From NCBI GenBank assembly GCA_002753335.1, contig PEAD01000015.1:1-64000 (forward strand): a stretch of DNA of 64,000 nucleotides, given 5' to 3'. The position numbers and the translations under genes were made by a program. The notes beneath the pieces were generated by a model. The model was not told the DNA's origin and searched no databases. It worked only from the letters and a program-made list of their open reading frames with translations. Below, in pieces: positions 30,128-39,148 of the stretch (position 1 is its first letter; every line of letters starts with the position of its first letter). The stretch is from Nitrospirae bacterium MYbin3. Its GTDB lineage: Bacteria; Nitrospirota; Thermodesulfovibrionia; Thermodesulfovibrionales; Dissulfurispiraceae.

Positions 30128-31429
30128 TTAATGCTTGTCTGAGCCGACCATATCGGCCTTAAACATGTCTTTAAGTATATCATTCGCGCAAAACTTGCCG
30201 CACATAGTGCAGGAGTTGTCGCTGCCGTTTCCCCTCTTTGCTTTTATCTCCCTTGCCCTTTCGGCATCTAAGCATAGAGAAAACTGGTTTTGCCACTGCA
30301 TATCGCGCCTCGCCTTGGCCATAGCCTTGTCAGCGCCCATATTCTTGTGCTTTATCATGTCGCCTACATGCGCCGCTATCCTCGATGCAATCACTCCCTC
30401 TCTCACATCTTCAGGAAAAGGTAGTCCAAGATGTTCGGAAGGAGTTACATAGCAGATAAAATCCGCACCGTATGCGGATGAGAGAGATGCGCCTATAGCC
30501 GCCGTAATGTGGTCATATCCCGGAGCTATGTCGGTCGTTATAGGTCCGAGCATATAAAACGGCGACTCGCCGCTCATCTTTTTTTCCATGATGATGTTCG
30601 CCTCTATCTCGTTTATCGGTACATGGCCGGGGCCTTCCACCATAGTCTGGCACCCCGCTTCCCTGCCGAGCTCCGCCAGTTCGCAGTTGATAAGCAGCTC
30701 CTGAATCTGCACCCTGTCTGTGGCATCGTGTATCGCTCCTGCGCGAAAGCCATTGCCGAGACTCAAAACAGTATCATGCTTTCTAAGTATCTCGACCACC
30801 CTGTCAAAATGTTCGTAGAGAGGATTCTCTTTATTGTTGTGCTCCATCCATGCGACCAGGTAAGAGCCACCCTTTGAAACAAGGCCGCCATAGCGATAGT
30901 GCTGCTTTCTGAGCATCTCTACCGTCTTTCTGTTGATGCCGCAGTGAATCGCCATGAACGCCACGCCCTCTTCACACTGCTTTTCAGTAATCTCAAACAG
31001 CAGCTCCGCAGGCATGTTCACAGCCGCACCGTACTTCTCGATAGCAAGGGAGAAGGCTTCATAGAGCGGCACTGTTCCCACAGGAAGGCTTATAGAGTCC
31101 ATTACAGACTTTCTTATGCCTTCTATATCTCCGCCAACACTTAGATCCATAAGCGTATCCGCGCCATACTTCTCTGCAACCTTGGCCTTTTCAACCTCCA
31201 TGGCTATATCTGCAATATCGGTTGAAGAGCCGATGGATGCGTTGATCTTTGTGCGCAACCCCTTGCCGATGCCAACTTCTCGCTGGGTCCTGTTGCCATT
31301 GGCCGGAATAACAATCCTGCCCTTCGCAACCCTTCTCCTCACAACCTCAGGCTCTATGCCCTCTTCGCGGGCAACCATCATTACCTCTTTTGTAAACTCT
31401 CCTTTTGCGGCCTTTTCAAGCTGTGTCAT
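30128..31429 (-). CDS. bzaF: ThiC-family radical SAM enzyme, probable 5-hydroxybenzimidazole synthase (BzaF type)
   Basis: ThiC fold (KINASIGSS, MVEGPGHVP, CYVTPSEHL, C-terminal CTMCGKFC) but with VSKGG and GNGFRAG variants; first gene of a B12-riboswitch operon. Confidence 0.75.
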   Translation of the reverse strand: MTQLEKAAKGEFTKEVMMVAREEGIEPEVVRRRVAKGRIVIPANGNRTQREVGIGKGLRTKINASIGSSTDIADIAMEVEKAKVAEKYGADTLMDLSVGGDIEGIRKSVMDSISLPVGTVPLYEAFSLAIEKYGAAVNMPAELLFEITEKQCEEGVAFMAIHCGINRKTVEMLRKQHYRYGGLVSKGGSYLVAWMEHNNKENPLYEHFDRVVEILRKHDTVLSLGNGFRAGAIHDATDRVQIQELLINCELAELGREAGCQTMVEGPGHVPINEIEANIIMEKKMSGESPFYMLGPITTDIAPGYDHITAAIGASLSSAYGADFICYVTPSEHLGLPFPEDVREGVIASRIAAHVGDMIKHKNMGADKAMAKARRDMQWQNQFSLCLDAERAREIKAKRGNGSDNSCTMCGKFCANDILKDMFKADMVGSDKH

Positions 31430-31441
31430 TCAATTCCTCCT

Positions 31442-31481
31442 AAAAAACAAAAAATCCCCAAGGCAAAATGCCTTGAGGATT
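31442..31481 (-). terminator. Leader terminator/attenuator hairpin downstream of the cobalamin aptamer
   Basis: Minus strand AATCCTCAAGGCA-TTT-TGCCTTGGGGATT followed by a T-tract, just before the AGGAGG RBS. Confidence 0.7.
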
Positions 31482-31576
31482 GCACCCTGATTTACTTCAT
31501 CCTCTACTCTTCCGTCCGCGGGAAGGTTGAAAAGCAAGCTATGCGGTTAAGTTTTCCTTCTAAACCGACAGCTACC

Positions 31577-31740
31577 AAGGCAGGTCTTCTGGCTTCCGGA
31601 TCATCCTACTCACCGGCCTTCCCGGAATTTCTTCCAGTGGCTTAGTCGGTTTTTGTCCCCGGTTACAGCGGCGGGACCGCTCCCGATTTAACAATTAGTC
31701 TCACGGGATTCCCTGTTACGCCTTTCGGCGCCTTGATTTG
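31577..31740 (-). promoter_or_regulatory. Cobalamin (AdoCbl) riboswitch
   Basis: Minus strand AACAGGGAA, CCCGCCGCTGTAA, GCCACTG, GGGAAGG and B12 box AGCCAGAAGACCTGCC. Confidence 0.93.
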
Positions 31741-31838
31741 TTATTTATACCGATACTTGAGAGAAAAGTCAAGACAAGTTAAGCAGAGACAAGTTAAGCA
31801 GAAGTGGGAAGAAATTTATCCTCATGGTTGTACTGTTT

Positions 31839-33197
31839 CTATAACCCGTACTGTTTTATCTTGTAATGAAGAACTCTTACAGAAATTCCTAAAATCTTGG
31901 CCGCTTCTGTTTTATTGTTATTGGTTTCCGAAAGAGCTTTCTCTATATATTTCTTTTCAAGTCCTGTAATGGCATCATTAAAAGTAAGCGCCTCGTCAAT
32001 CTCAGGCCGAGCAGTTTTTTTGCTCCCCCCCGAATTTGCCGATATTCCATCCATGTCTATCATATCGCCTGTCGCTATTGCAACAGCCCGGTGTATTGCC
32101 CACTTAAGCTCCCTTATATTCCCCGGCCAACTATGTTTCATAAAATAATCCATGGTTTTAGGGGTCACTCCCAAAACATTTTTACTGTAAGAGTCATTCG
32201 CCTCCTTTACAAATACGGAAACAAGAAGGGGAATGTCTTCCCTCCGCTCCCTTAGCGGAGGCAGCTCGAACATTATGCCGTTTATCCTGAAAAAGAGGTC
32301 CTGCCTGAAATTTCTAACAGGGTCGGCAAGGTTGCTGTTAGTAGCAGAGATTAGCCTGAACACAGTCCTGCGCTCTATCGTTTCTCCTACTTTGTAATAG
32401 CCTCCTTCTTCCAACACCCTTAGAAACTTGGCCTGAACAGATTCCGGAAGCTCGCCGATCTCATCAAGAAAAAGAGTGCCGCCTTCGGCCCGCTCAATCA
32501 AGCCTTCTTTATTCGCCACAGCCCCCGAAAACGCGCCCCTAGTATGGCCAAAAAACTCGCTCTCAAAAATATCCTTGGGAAGCGCGGAGCAGTTGATAGC
32601 CACTATCTCCCCGGAAAGCCCTGAGAGAGAATGTATCCATTCCGCCAGCTTTTCCTTGCCGGTGCCGGTCTCTCCCTTAATCAGCACCGGGATATTCAGT
32701 GAGGCCACCATCTTCGCATTGTCCACGATTTCTTTCATCCTGCCTGTGCCGGATGTTTTGAACGTAGGTTTTATCAGGCTAAGTTCTCTGTCGAGAGAAG
32801 TCACTCTTTCTTGCAGAAACCTGTTCTCAAGATGAACATTAAGCTCTCTTTTAAGTTTTTCTATGTCGAGAGGTTTTGTGAGATAATCGGCAGCGCCCTC
32901 CTTTATTGCAGCAACAGCATTGTCAACCGCACCATATGCCGTCATCATTATCACTATCGGCAACTGCTTTAGCGCCTTAAGTTCGCGCAGCAGATCAATG
33001 CCGTTTCCGTCAGAAAGGCGAATGTCTAGAAGAATGGCATCGGGCATAGACTTCTTAAACATCTCACGCGCACGCTTCAATGAATGAGCGGCAGAAACAA
33101 CAAAACTGTCTTCAAGCGCCATCTGAAGAGATTCGCTGAAATTAGGCTCATCATCAACAATAACTACTTGCGGTCTGCCGTCTTTATTTAGACTCAT
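31839..33197 (-). CDS. Sigma54-dependent response regulator (REC-AAA+-Fis HTH)
   Basis: VDDE, LLDIRL, GETGTGKE, GAFSGA (GAFTGA variant), WPGNIREL, C-terminal HTH. Confidence 0.93.
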   Translation of the reverse strand: MSLNKDGRPQVVIVDDEPNFSESLQMALEDSFVVSAAHSLKRAREMFKKSMPDAILLDIRLSDGNGIDLLRELKALKQLPIVIMMTAYGAVDNAVAAIKEGAADYLTKPLDIEKLKRELNVHLENRFLQERVTSLDRELSLIKPTFKTSGTGRMKEIVDNAKMVASLNIPVLIKGETGTGKEKLAEWIHSLSGLSGEIVAINCSALPKDIFESEFFGHTRGAFSGAVANKEGLIERAEGGTLFLDEIGELPESVQAKFLRVLEEGGYYKVGETIERRTVFRLISATNSNLADPVRNFRQDLFFRINGIMFELPPLRERREDIPLLVSVFVKEANDSYSKNVLGVTPKTMDYFMKHSWPGNIRELKWAIHRAVAIATGDMIDMDGISANSGGSKKTARPEIDEALTFNDAITGLEKKYIEKALSETNNNKTEAAKILGISVRVLHYKIKQYGL

Positions 33198-34369
33198 GCC
33201 TGTCTTATCCTCTCTTTTGGCATTGTAATCCTAACCCCTGCCCCTTGGGTAGGGCTGTATAAGGATATCTTACCGCCATGAGCAACCGCAATTTTCTGAG
33301 ATAGAAAAAGCCCGAGACCGGCGCCGCGTGAGCGGCTTGTCACAAAAGGGTTTATAAGTTCATCAGGATCTGTACCAGAAGGGAAGCCCGCACCATTGTC
33401 TTCATAAAATATTTCGGCATGTCGAGCATCCTCAGTCTCGAAATTTACCACTATTGATATCTGATCCGAATCTGCCTGAACACTGTTTCTGATAAGATTT
33501 TCAAAAAGCAGCCTCAAATAAAATATATCCCCTGATATCTCAAGCTCCGGGCATTTATCAAACTTTATTCCGGCCTTTTGCGACAATTCGCTAATGAAAG
33601 GTTTTAGAGACAGCCATTCTTCATTGTTAAGAGATATTTCTTTGCCGTAAGCCAGCAGATTATCGATCAACTGCTGAGTGCGGTTAATCTCCTCTCTTGC
33701 GAGCACCACAAACCGGCCGGTAAATTTCTCATCCGTTATGCGGGAAGGCAATGCCTGTACAAGATTCGATATTGTGGCCACAGGCGTCTTCAGTTCATGC
33801 GCTAAAGTGGCTGTCATTCGTCCAAGCAGCGCAAGCGCCTCATGCTCTTCATACGCCTTTTTCAACTCAGCATGTCTGGTTTCGAGCTGCTCCTGCACCA
33901 CAAGGGACTGCCTCTTTTTCTCGGCATAAATTACCAGCCCGGCAAAAACAAGTATCGTTACAATAATTCCGGCAAACACCTCAGGAACATCCAGATCGAA
34001 CACTTCTTCCTTGATATAATCCTTTCTGATATAAATATCTATCTGCTTGTTGCCGGCAGTAAAAGAGAATAAATGAGCGGCCTGATCATCAGGCGGCGGA
34101 GTTTCGGTGGATGGATCTATGGCTAACACCTTGCTGTCCATAGCTGTATTGCAGAACAACTTGAGAAAAAGCAAGGTTTGTTCATTTGCAGCATTTGGTG
34201 CGGCATCATTAAAAGATTTTACAGCATCATTTATTTCTTCTTTTACCGTTTTTTTCAGCTTAATTTCGTCCGATATGCTTGCAACATAATATACGAGTAT
34301 GGACAACACGCCGCCTATGGCCATAGAAATCAAGAGATACGCGATAAACTTTGCTATACGGCTTAACAC
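33194..34369 (-). CDS. Membrane sensor histidine kinase
   Basis: Two TM helices, AHELKTP H-box, NLIRNS, DNGAG, GAGLGL. Confidence 0.92.
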   Translation of the reverse strand: MLSRIAKFIAYLLISMAIGGVLSILVYYVASISDEIKLKKTVKEEINDAVKSFNDAAPNAANEQTLLFLKLFCNTAMDSKVLAIDPSTETPPPDDQAAHLFSFTAGNKQIDIYIRKDYIKEEVFDLDVPEVFAGIIVTILVFAGLVIYAEKKRQSLVVQEQLETRHAELKKAYEEHEALALLGRMTATLAHELKTPVATISNLVQALPSRITDEKFTGRFVVLAREEINRTQQLIDNLLAYGKEISLNNEEWLSLKPFISELSQKAGIKFDKCPELEISGDIFYLRLLFENLIRNSVQADSDQISIVVNFETEDARHAEIFYEDNGAGFPSGTDPDELINPFVTSRSRGAGLGLFLSQKIAVAHGGKISLYSPTQGAGVRITMPKERIRQA

Positions 34370-34372
34370 AAA

Positions 34373-36187
34373 TTACATCTCAACGCGTGTTACAACACCA
34401 TGCATTTTATATGAGGGCAGCCTGTAGAACTGAACGTACGAGGGTGTGAGCCGCTTGAATATCGAAAATATTTTCCAGATTATGTTAGTTGTCGAGATAT
34501 CTTCAAGCCCGTAAAATATAGTCTTTTCATCTATGCGGGCCTCTTTCAATATCTCTTCCACGTCAACAACTTCCATATACCCCAACTGTATCTCGAAAGT
34601 CTTGAGGCCTTCTGCTATTTCTTCCTTGAAAAAACCTGTGACGCCGTACGGGTCATCGCGTCTTATTATCGAAACAATAATATTCTCCTCATAAATGATG
34701 TTGTTAGAAAACATAATGCTTGGTATATAAGGCGGCACCCTGTTTATATCTCTGGCAAAGAAAAGAGCGGTCCCTCGTATTTTATTCATGAAGCGATAGG
34801 TGTGGTTGTAGTTCGACAGGAATTCGGGTAGAGGCATAGGCTGCATCGAACTATAAAGCTTCTTTTGCCCTTTGGTATAAATCAAGATAACCGCAAAAGG
34901 GATCGCTGCTATGATAAGAGACCAATAGCCTCCGTGAGGTATTTTGTAAGTGTTTGAAAGCAGATATGCAATATCCACAAAAGTAACAAGCAGCGAAATC
35001 GCGGCTTTGATTTTCATTCCCTTAAGGGTAAAAATCCATGTCATAAGTATGCCGGTAAGGGTCATAGTACCTGTAACGGCAAGGCCGTATGCAGCCGCAA
35101 GCTTGCTCGATTCCCTGAACTCAAACATGATAAAAAGCACCGCGGCAAGAAGAAACCAGTTGACTGCGCCAATATAAATTTGGGACCGCAGTTCGGTAGA
35201 GGTATAATCAACCTTGAAAAGCGGCATCACATGTGTTGTAATGCCCTGATAGACTATCGAAAACATACCGCTTATCATGGCCTGAGAAGCAATAACAGTC
35301 GCCGTTATGCTCAAGACCAGAAAAGGGATATACAGCATTTGTGTCTGATTGAAAATCATCTCAAAAAGAACATTTTTCGCACCGGGGTGCTGCATAAGAA
35401 AAGATCCCTGACCGAGATAATTCAGTATCAGCGCCACAAAAACAAAATACCATGCCTTTATAATCGGCTGCCGACCTAGATGCCCCATGTCAGCATACAG
35501 CGCCTCACCGCCTGTCGCGCAGAGAATAACCTCAGACAAAACAAAAAATCCGGCCAAACCGTTTGTTATCAGAAAATTTATAGCATAGTAAGGATTCACA
35601 GCCATAAAAACTTTGGGCGTCTGCATTATCGAAACAACACCCGAAACAGCAAGTGTCATAAACCACAAGATCATCAGAGGGCCAAAGGCTCCGGCTACTT
35701 TTTCGGTCCCTTTCCGCTGAAAATAAAACAGGATAATGGCGATGATTCCGGCAACAAGAATCAGTGTTGTCTGATTGGTTTTTTCTAAACCCGGAATAAG
35801 CAGTATTCCTTCGACCGCACTTAGTATACTTATGGCCGGGGTTATAACGCCGTCACCGACCAGCAGCGATATGCCGATAAAAGACAGCATACCCACAAAA
35901 GCGGCCTGTCTGCCTGACTTCAGTAGCGGGACCAAAAGCTCTTTGAGCACGATGGTGCCGCCTTCGCCTTTTTTGCCGAGGCTCATAGCCAGCCATGCAT
36001 ATTCGACAGTTACAAGAATTATCAGCGTCCAGAAAATAAGCGACAGAACGCCCATAACATGATCTTCGGTGGGCTTGAGCAACAGAAAGATAACTGTCAG
36101 GGTATAGATAGGGCTTGTGCCGATATCTCCGAACACAAGTCCGAGTGATTTGATAATTCCTTTAGCCTGTGACTCTTTTTCGATCAT
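34373..36187 (-). CDS. kup: KUP/HAK/KT potassium transporter
   Basis: GLVFGDIGTSPIY, GEGG, DGVITPAISILSAVEG, TGGEALYADMGH. Confidence 0.95.
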   Translation of the reverse strand: MIEKESQAKGIIKSLGLVFGDIGTSPIYTLTVIFLLLKPTEDHVMGVLSLIFWTLIILVTVEYAWLAMSLGKKGEGGTIVLKELLVPLLKSGRQAAFVGMLSFIGISLLVGDGVITPAISILSAVEGILLIPGLEKTNQTTLILVAGIIAIILFYFQRKGTEKVAGAFGPLMILWFMTLAVSGVVSIMQTPKVFMAVNPYYAINFLITNGLAGFFVLSEVILCATGGEALYADMGHLGRQPIIKAWYFVFVALILNYLGQGSFLMQHPGAKNVLFEMIFNQTQMLYIPFLVLSITATVIASQAMISGMFSIVYQGITTHVMPLFKVDYTSTELRSQIYIGAVNWFLLAAVLFIMFEFRESSKLAAAYGLAVTGTMTLTGILMTWIFTLKGMKIKAAISLLVTFVDIAYLLSNTYKIPHGGYWSLIIAAIPFAVILIYTKGQKKLYSSMQPMPLPEFLSNYNHTYRFMNKIRGTALFFARDINRVPPYIPSIMFSNNIIYEENIIVSIIRRDDPYGVTGFFKEEIAEGLKTFEIQLGYMEVVDVEEILKEARIDEKTIFYGLEDISTTNIIWKIFSIFKRLTPSYVQFYRLPSYKMHGVVTRVEM

Positions 36188-36203
36188 ATGGGTGAATGCT
36201 GCT

Positions 36204-37217
36204 TTATGCGAAACTTTCTTTCATACGCAATAACAGTTGAACTATTTTTATGCTTTCCTCAACCGTTCTGGAACCTAAGCCGCACGCGGGAGTGAGAATG
36301 ACCCTTTTTCTAACCAAATCTTCGGGGATGTATTTGCAAAGCGACTCTATATTCCTGTGAAGCATAGCTGCAAGCGTGTCCTCCTGCGCAGTGATTACAG
36401 CTTCAGAAGTTGGCACAGCCCCCCATGCAAGACAGCCGCCGTTTTCGAGAAAGTTCTTTATCTCTGTATGATATATGGCGAGGGTATCGAAATATTCGCA
36501 GGAATCAAAATTAAGTATCTTGAATCCTGCAGTCATAACCATCGGCCAGTCAGCACGGCCGCAGCAATGTATTCCGGGAATGCCGCCGCAATTTTCTATC
36601 GTCAAGGCAACTTCACGCAAAAGCCGTGCTGCTTCAGCCGAATCCACACCCAGATATGTCGAGCTTCCTAGCGCCGAAAGTATTGGCTCATCAACAAAAA
36701 TGATAACCTTCTCGGCGTGCTGCTTCAGCAGGTCAATCTGCCACCTGACCTTTGCCTTAAGCAGCATACAGGCAATTTCTCTCAACTCCTCATCAAAATA
36801 AATGTATCTGCCAAAATTGTCTTTTAGCCCAAGCGTAAAGGTTACGGGACCGGTCACATGCCCTTTAAGCGTCTTAAACCTTCTGCCTTTTATCTTTCTC
36901 AAAAAGGCATGCAGGCCAAAGGCATAGTCTTCTGATATAGCTATTTTACTGTCCTCTGTACAGGCCTCGTAAAACCTGTCGAGCTCATCACTGTCATCCC
37001 TTAGAACCCAGATATTCTGCTCTTTATCATTCAATCTGACAAACGGGAACCCTTCGGAATACTGGGGAATCATAAGCTCTTTAAACGAACGCTTCGGCAG
37101 CTGCGGCCAGAAAGGTATATCAAGAGTGTTCAGCACCAGTTCGCATGCATCATCAACATTTCGATGTGGAAGGCTACCGATACCGGTCGTCGAGAAAGGC
37201 TTAAGCTCAAAAGACAT
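36204..37217 (-). CDS. Single-domain (core) cobalamin-independent-type methionine synthase-like methyltransferase
   Basis: TGIGSLPH, KGHVTGPVT, VDEP, zinc-ligand motifs IHCC and TPACGLG. Confidence 0.75.
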   Translation of the reverse strand: MSFELKPFSTTGIGSLPHRNVDDACELVLNTLDIPFWPQLPKRSFKELMIPQYSEGFPFVRLNDKEQNIWVLRDDSDELDRFYEACTEDSKIAISEDYAFGLHAFLRKIKGRRFKTLKGHVTGPVTFTLGLKDNFGRYIYFDEELREIACMLLKAKVRWQIDLLKQHAEKVIIFVDEPILSALGSSTYLGVDSAEAARLLREVALTIENCGGIPGIHCCGRADWPMVMTAGFKILNFDSCEYFDTLAIYHTEIKNFLENGGCLAWGAVPTSEAVITAQEDTLAAMLHRNIESLCKYIPEDLVRKRVILTPACGLGSRTVEESIKIVQLLLRMKESFA

Positions 37218-37259
37218 GCGGTATTATAGCAAATAGGACAACCTAAAATTCATCATCTA

Positions 37260-37301
37260 TTGACAAAAAGCATTAAAACATAATAATATTTGCATATATT
37301 A
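37260..37301 (+). promoter_or_regulatory. Putative sigma70 promoter with an overlapping palindrome (candidate ArsR operator)
   Basis: TTGACA at 37260; TAATAT-TTGCAT-ATATTA inverted repeat at 37284-37301. Confidence 0.5.
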
Positions 37302-37318
37302 ATACAAAGGAAAACAAT

Positions 37319-37681
37319 ATGCGCTCCATAGGCAAAAAGATAGAGCTTTTACGATCGATAGCCCATCCTGCAAGAATAAAAATTCTCGATGAACTTGCAA
37401 AGGGTGTTAAGTGCGTCAGCGATTTTGAGGAGTTCCTCGAGATAAGCCAGCCGAATGTCTCGCAGCATCTTTCGCTTCTACGAAGGCACGGCGTAATTGA
37501 TTTTTATGTTGACGGCAGGCTGAAATGCTATTTCCTCGTTGACCCTATGATCCCTGAACTTCTGTCGGTATTAAATACAGACCACGCTTCAGAACTGCCT
37601 GCCCCAGCATGCTGTCCTGTAACGAGAAAAGGCAAGTACCCGGGCGAACGGAAGAGAAAACAGAAAACCTCAGTCGAATAA
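37319..37681 (+). CDS. ArsR/SmtB-family metalloregulator with a C-terminal CC motif
   Basis: IAHPARIKIL, KCVSD, SQPNVSQHLSLLR; tail PAPACCPV. Confidence 0.9.
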   Translation: MRSIGKKIELLRSIAHPARIKILDELAKGVKCVSDFEEFLEISQPNVSQHLSLLRRHGVIDFYVDGRLKCYFLVDPMIPELLSVLNTDHASELPAPACCPVTRKGKYPGERKRKQKTSVE

Positions 37682-37704
37682 AAATACAAAACAGGGAGGA
37701 GCGT

Positions 37705-38004
37705 ATGAGAAGGATTTTATTGACCACAGTTGTTTTTCTTGCAATTGCTTCAATAAGCATATCCGCTTTTGCGGCCGAAAAAAAAGTACAGTTAGTTGTC
37801 CCTAAAGTGTTTTGAGCGACTAATGCATCGCAGGCAAGTCTTGCCGCGAAATCGGTTGCAGGCGTCATTTATGTTGATGATGATATTGCTACGACATCCT
37901 TAACCTTAATTTATGACACAGAAAAAACAAATATAGAAACAATTAAAAAAGCCCTGAAAGATGCGACTTATCCGGTTGAAGGCGAACCGATAGATATTAA
38001 ATAA
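37705..38004 (+). CDS. Exported HMA/MerP-fold selenoprotein (Sec at TGA 37813-37815), 99 aa
   Basis: GGAGG RBS and signal peptide ..SAFA|AEK, then VQLVVPKVF-U-ATNASQ...KSVAGV...LIYDTEKTNIETIKKALKDATYP. The frame stays open past the TGA and a SECIS-like hairpin follows. Confidence 0.75.
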
Positions 38005-38024
38005 AGAATCAATAGGAGCACTTG

Positions 38025-38273
38025 ATGAAAACTATTAAACTTTATGTTAATGAACCCATGGGCAAGCGGTGATTGGCGAATACCGAATCAGCCCGTAGGG
38101 CAGAGAAAGAACTGGACGCTAAAGTAGTCGTCATTCCAAAAACATCGCCCGAATATTCGTCCGAGAAAAATCCACCTGTTTGCCCTTCCGTGTTCATCGA
38201 CTCAAAACCGCTGGTAATAAACGGCACCGTTACATTTGAAAACCTTGCTGACGCAATAAAAAAAGAGAACTAG
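38025..38273 (+). CDS. Small thioredoxin-like selenoprotein with an NEPxGxxU motif (Sec at TGA 38070-38072), 82 aa
   Basis: AGGAG RBS; MKTIKLYVNEPMGKR-U-LANTES...PPVCPSVFID; SECIS-like hairpin downstream. Confidence 0.8.
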
Positions 38274-38274
38274 T

Positions 38275-39063
38275 ATGGAGATTCCGATTCTCTTAACACT
38301 TTTATTGCTTGGACTTGGCGGCGGCTTTCTTTCGGGACTTCTCGGACTCGGCGGAGCCATCTTTATGATACCGCTTTATCTCTATGTGCCTCCGCTTCTC
38401 GGTGTAGGCCAGCTAGATATGAAACAGGTTGCGGCTGTCAGCATGGTGCAGGTGCTTTCGGCCTCTTTGTCAGGGCTTATCGTTCATAAGAAAAATAAAT
38501 TTGTCAGCACATCAATTCTTATAACGATGGGGTCATGCAACGCTGTCGGAAATCTTGCAGGCTCGCTCTTTTCAAAACATACCAAAAGCGAACTTTTACT
38601 CGCTGTCTTCGCCACACTCGCCGTAATAGCAGCCTTTGCAATGTTCATCCCAAAAAGAGAGCAGGGCGGCGAACTTTCACCGGATGAAATCACCTACAAC
38701 AAACCCCTTGCCGCGCTACTGAGCCTTGGCATAGGCACCTTCGGGGGCATGGTAGGGGCTCCTGGAGCTTTTATTTACATACCGATAATGATTTACCTGC
38801 TTAACATTCCGACCCGCATAGTAATCGGCAGCACACTAGGCATAGTGTTCTTGGGCGCACTCACAGGGACTATCGGAAAAATGATTACCGGCCAGATTAT
38901 ATGGCCATACGCGGCTGCCCTTGTTGTTGGGACCATTCCGGGCGCCCAATTCGGCGGCAATATGAGCAAAAAGATAAACACAAAAAATCTGCGTCTTGCT
39001 ATTGCTGTAATCATCGCATTGACCGGCCTGCGAATGTGGTATCAGATAGTATTCGGTATTTAA
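38275..39063 (+). CDS. TauE/SafE (TSUP) family sulfite/sulfur-compound exporter
   Basis: GFLSGLLGLGGAIFMIP repeat; about 8 TM helices. Confidence 0.88.
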   Translation: MEIPILLTLLLLGLGGGFLSGLLGLGGAIFMIPLYLYVPPLLGVGQLDMKQVAAVSMVQVLSASLSGLIVHKKNKFVSTSILITMGSCNAVGNLAGSLFSKHTKSELLLAVFATLAVIAAFAMFIPKREQGGELSPDEITYNKPLAALLSLGIGTFGGMVGAPGAFIYIPIMIYLLNIPTRIVIGSTLGIVFLGALTGTIGKMITGQIIWPYAAALVVGTIPGAQFGGNMSKKINTKNLRLAIAVIIALTGLRMWYQIVFGI

Positions 39064-39148
39064 TAAAGTAATTGGCTTTTTGTTGTTGAGCGAATACTCC
39101 CTTATCTATTACAATTAGTTAAAGAATAAAATCTGCGAAGGGGGGGCG

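Noticed and set aside
30128..31429. Thiamine biosynthesis thiC
   Set aside because: It is preceded by a cobalamin rather than a TPP riboswitch, sits at the head of the cob operon and has variant motifs.
37609..37815. 68-aa ORF as given in the track (also 38073-38273 and 39224-40195 as given)
   Set aside because: These are fragments produced by treating Sec UGA as a stop; better starts with RBSs are at 37705, 38025 and 39149.
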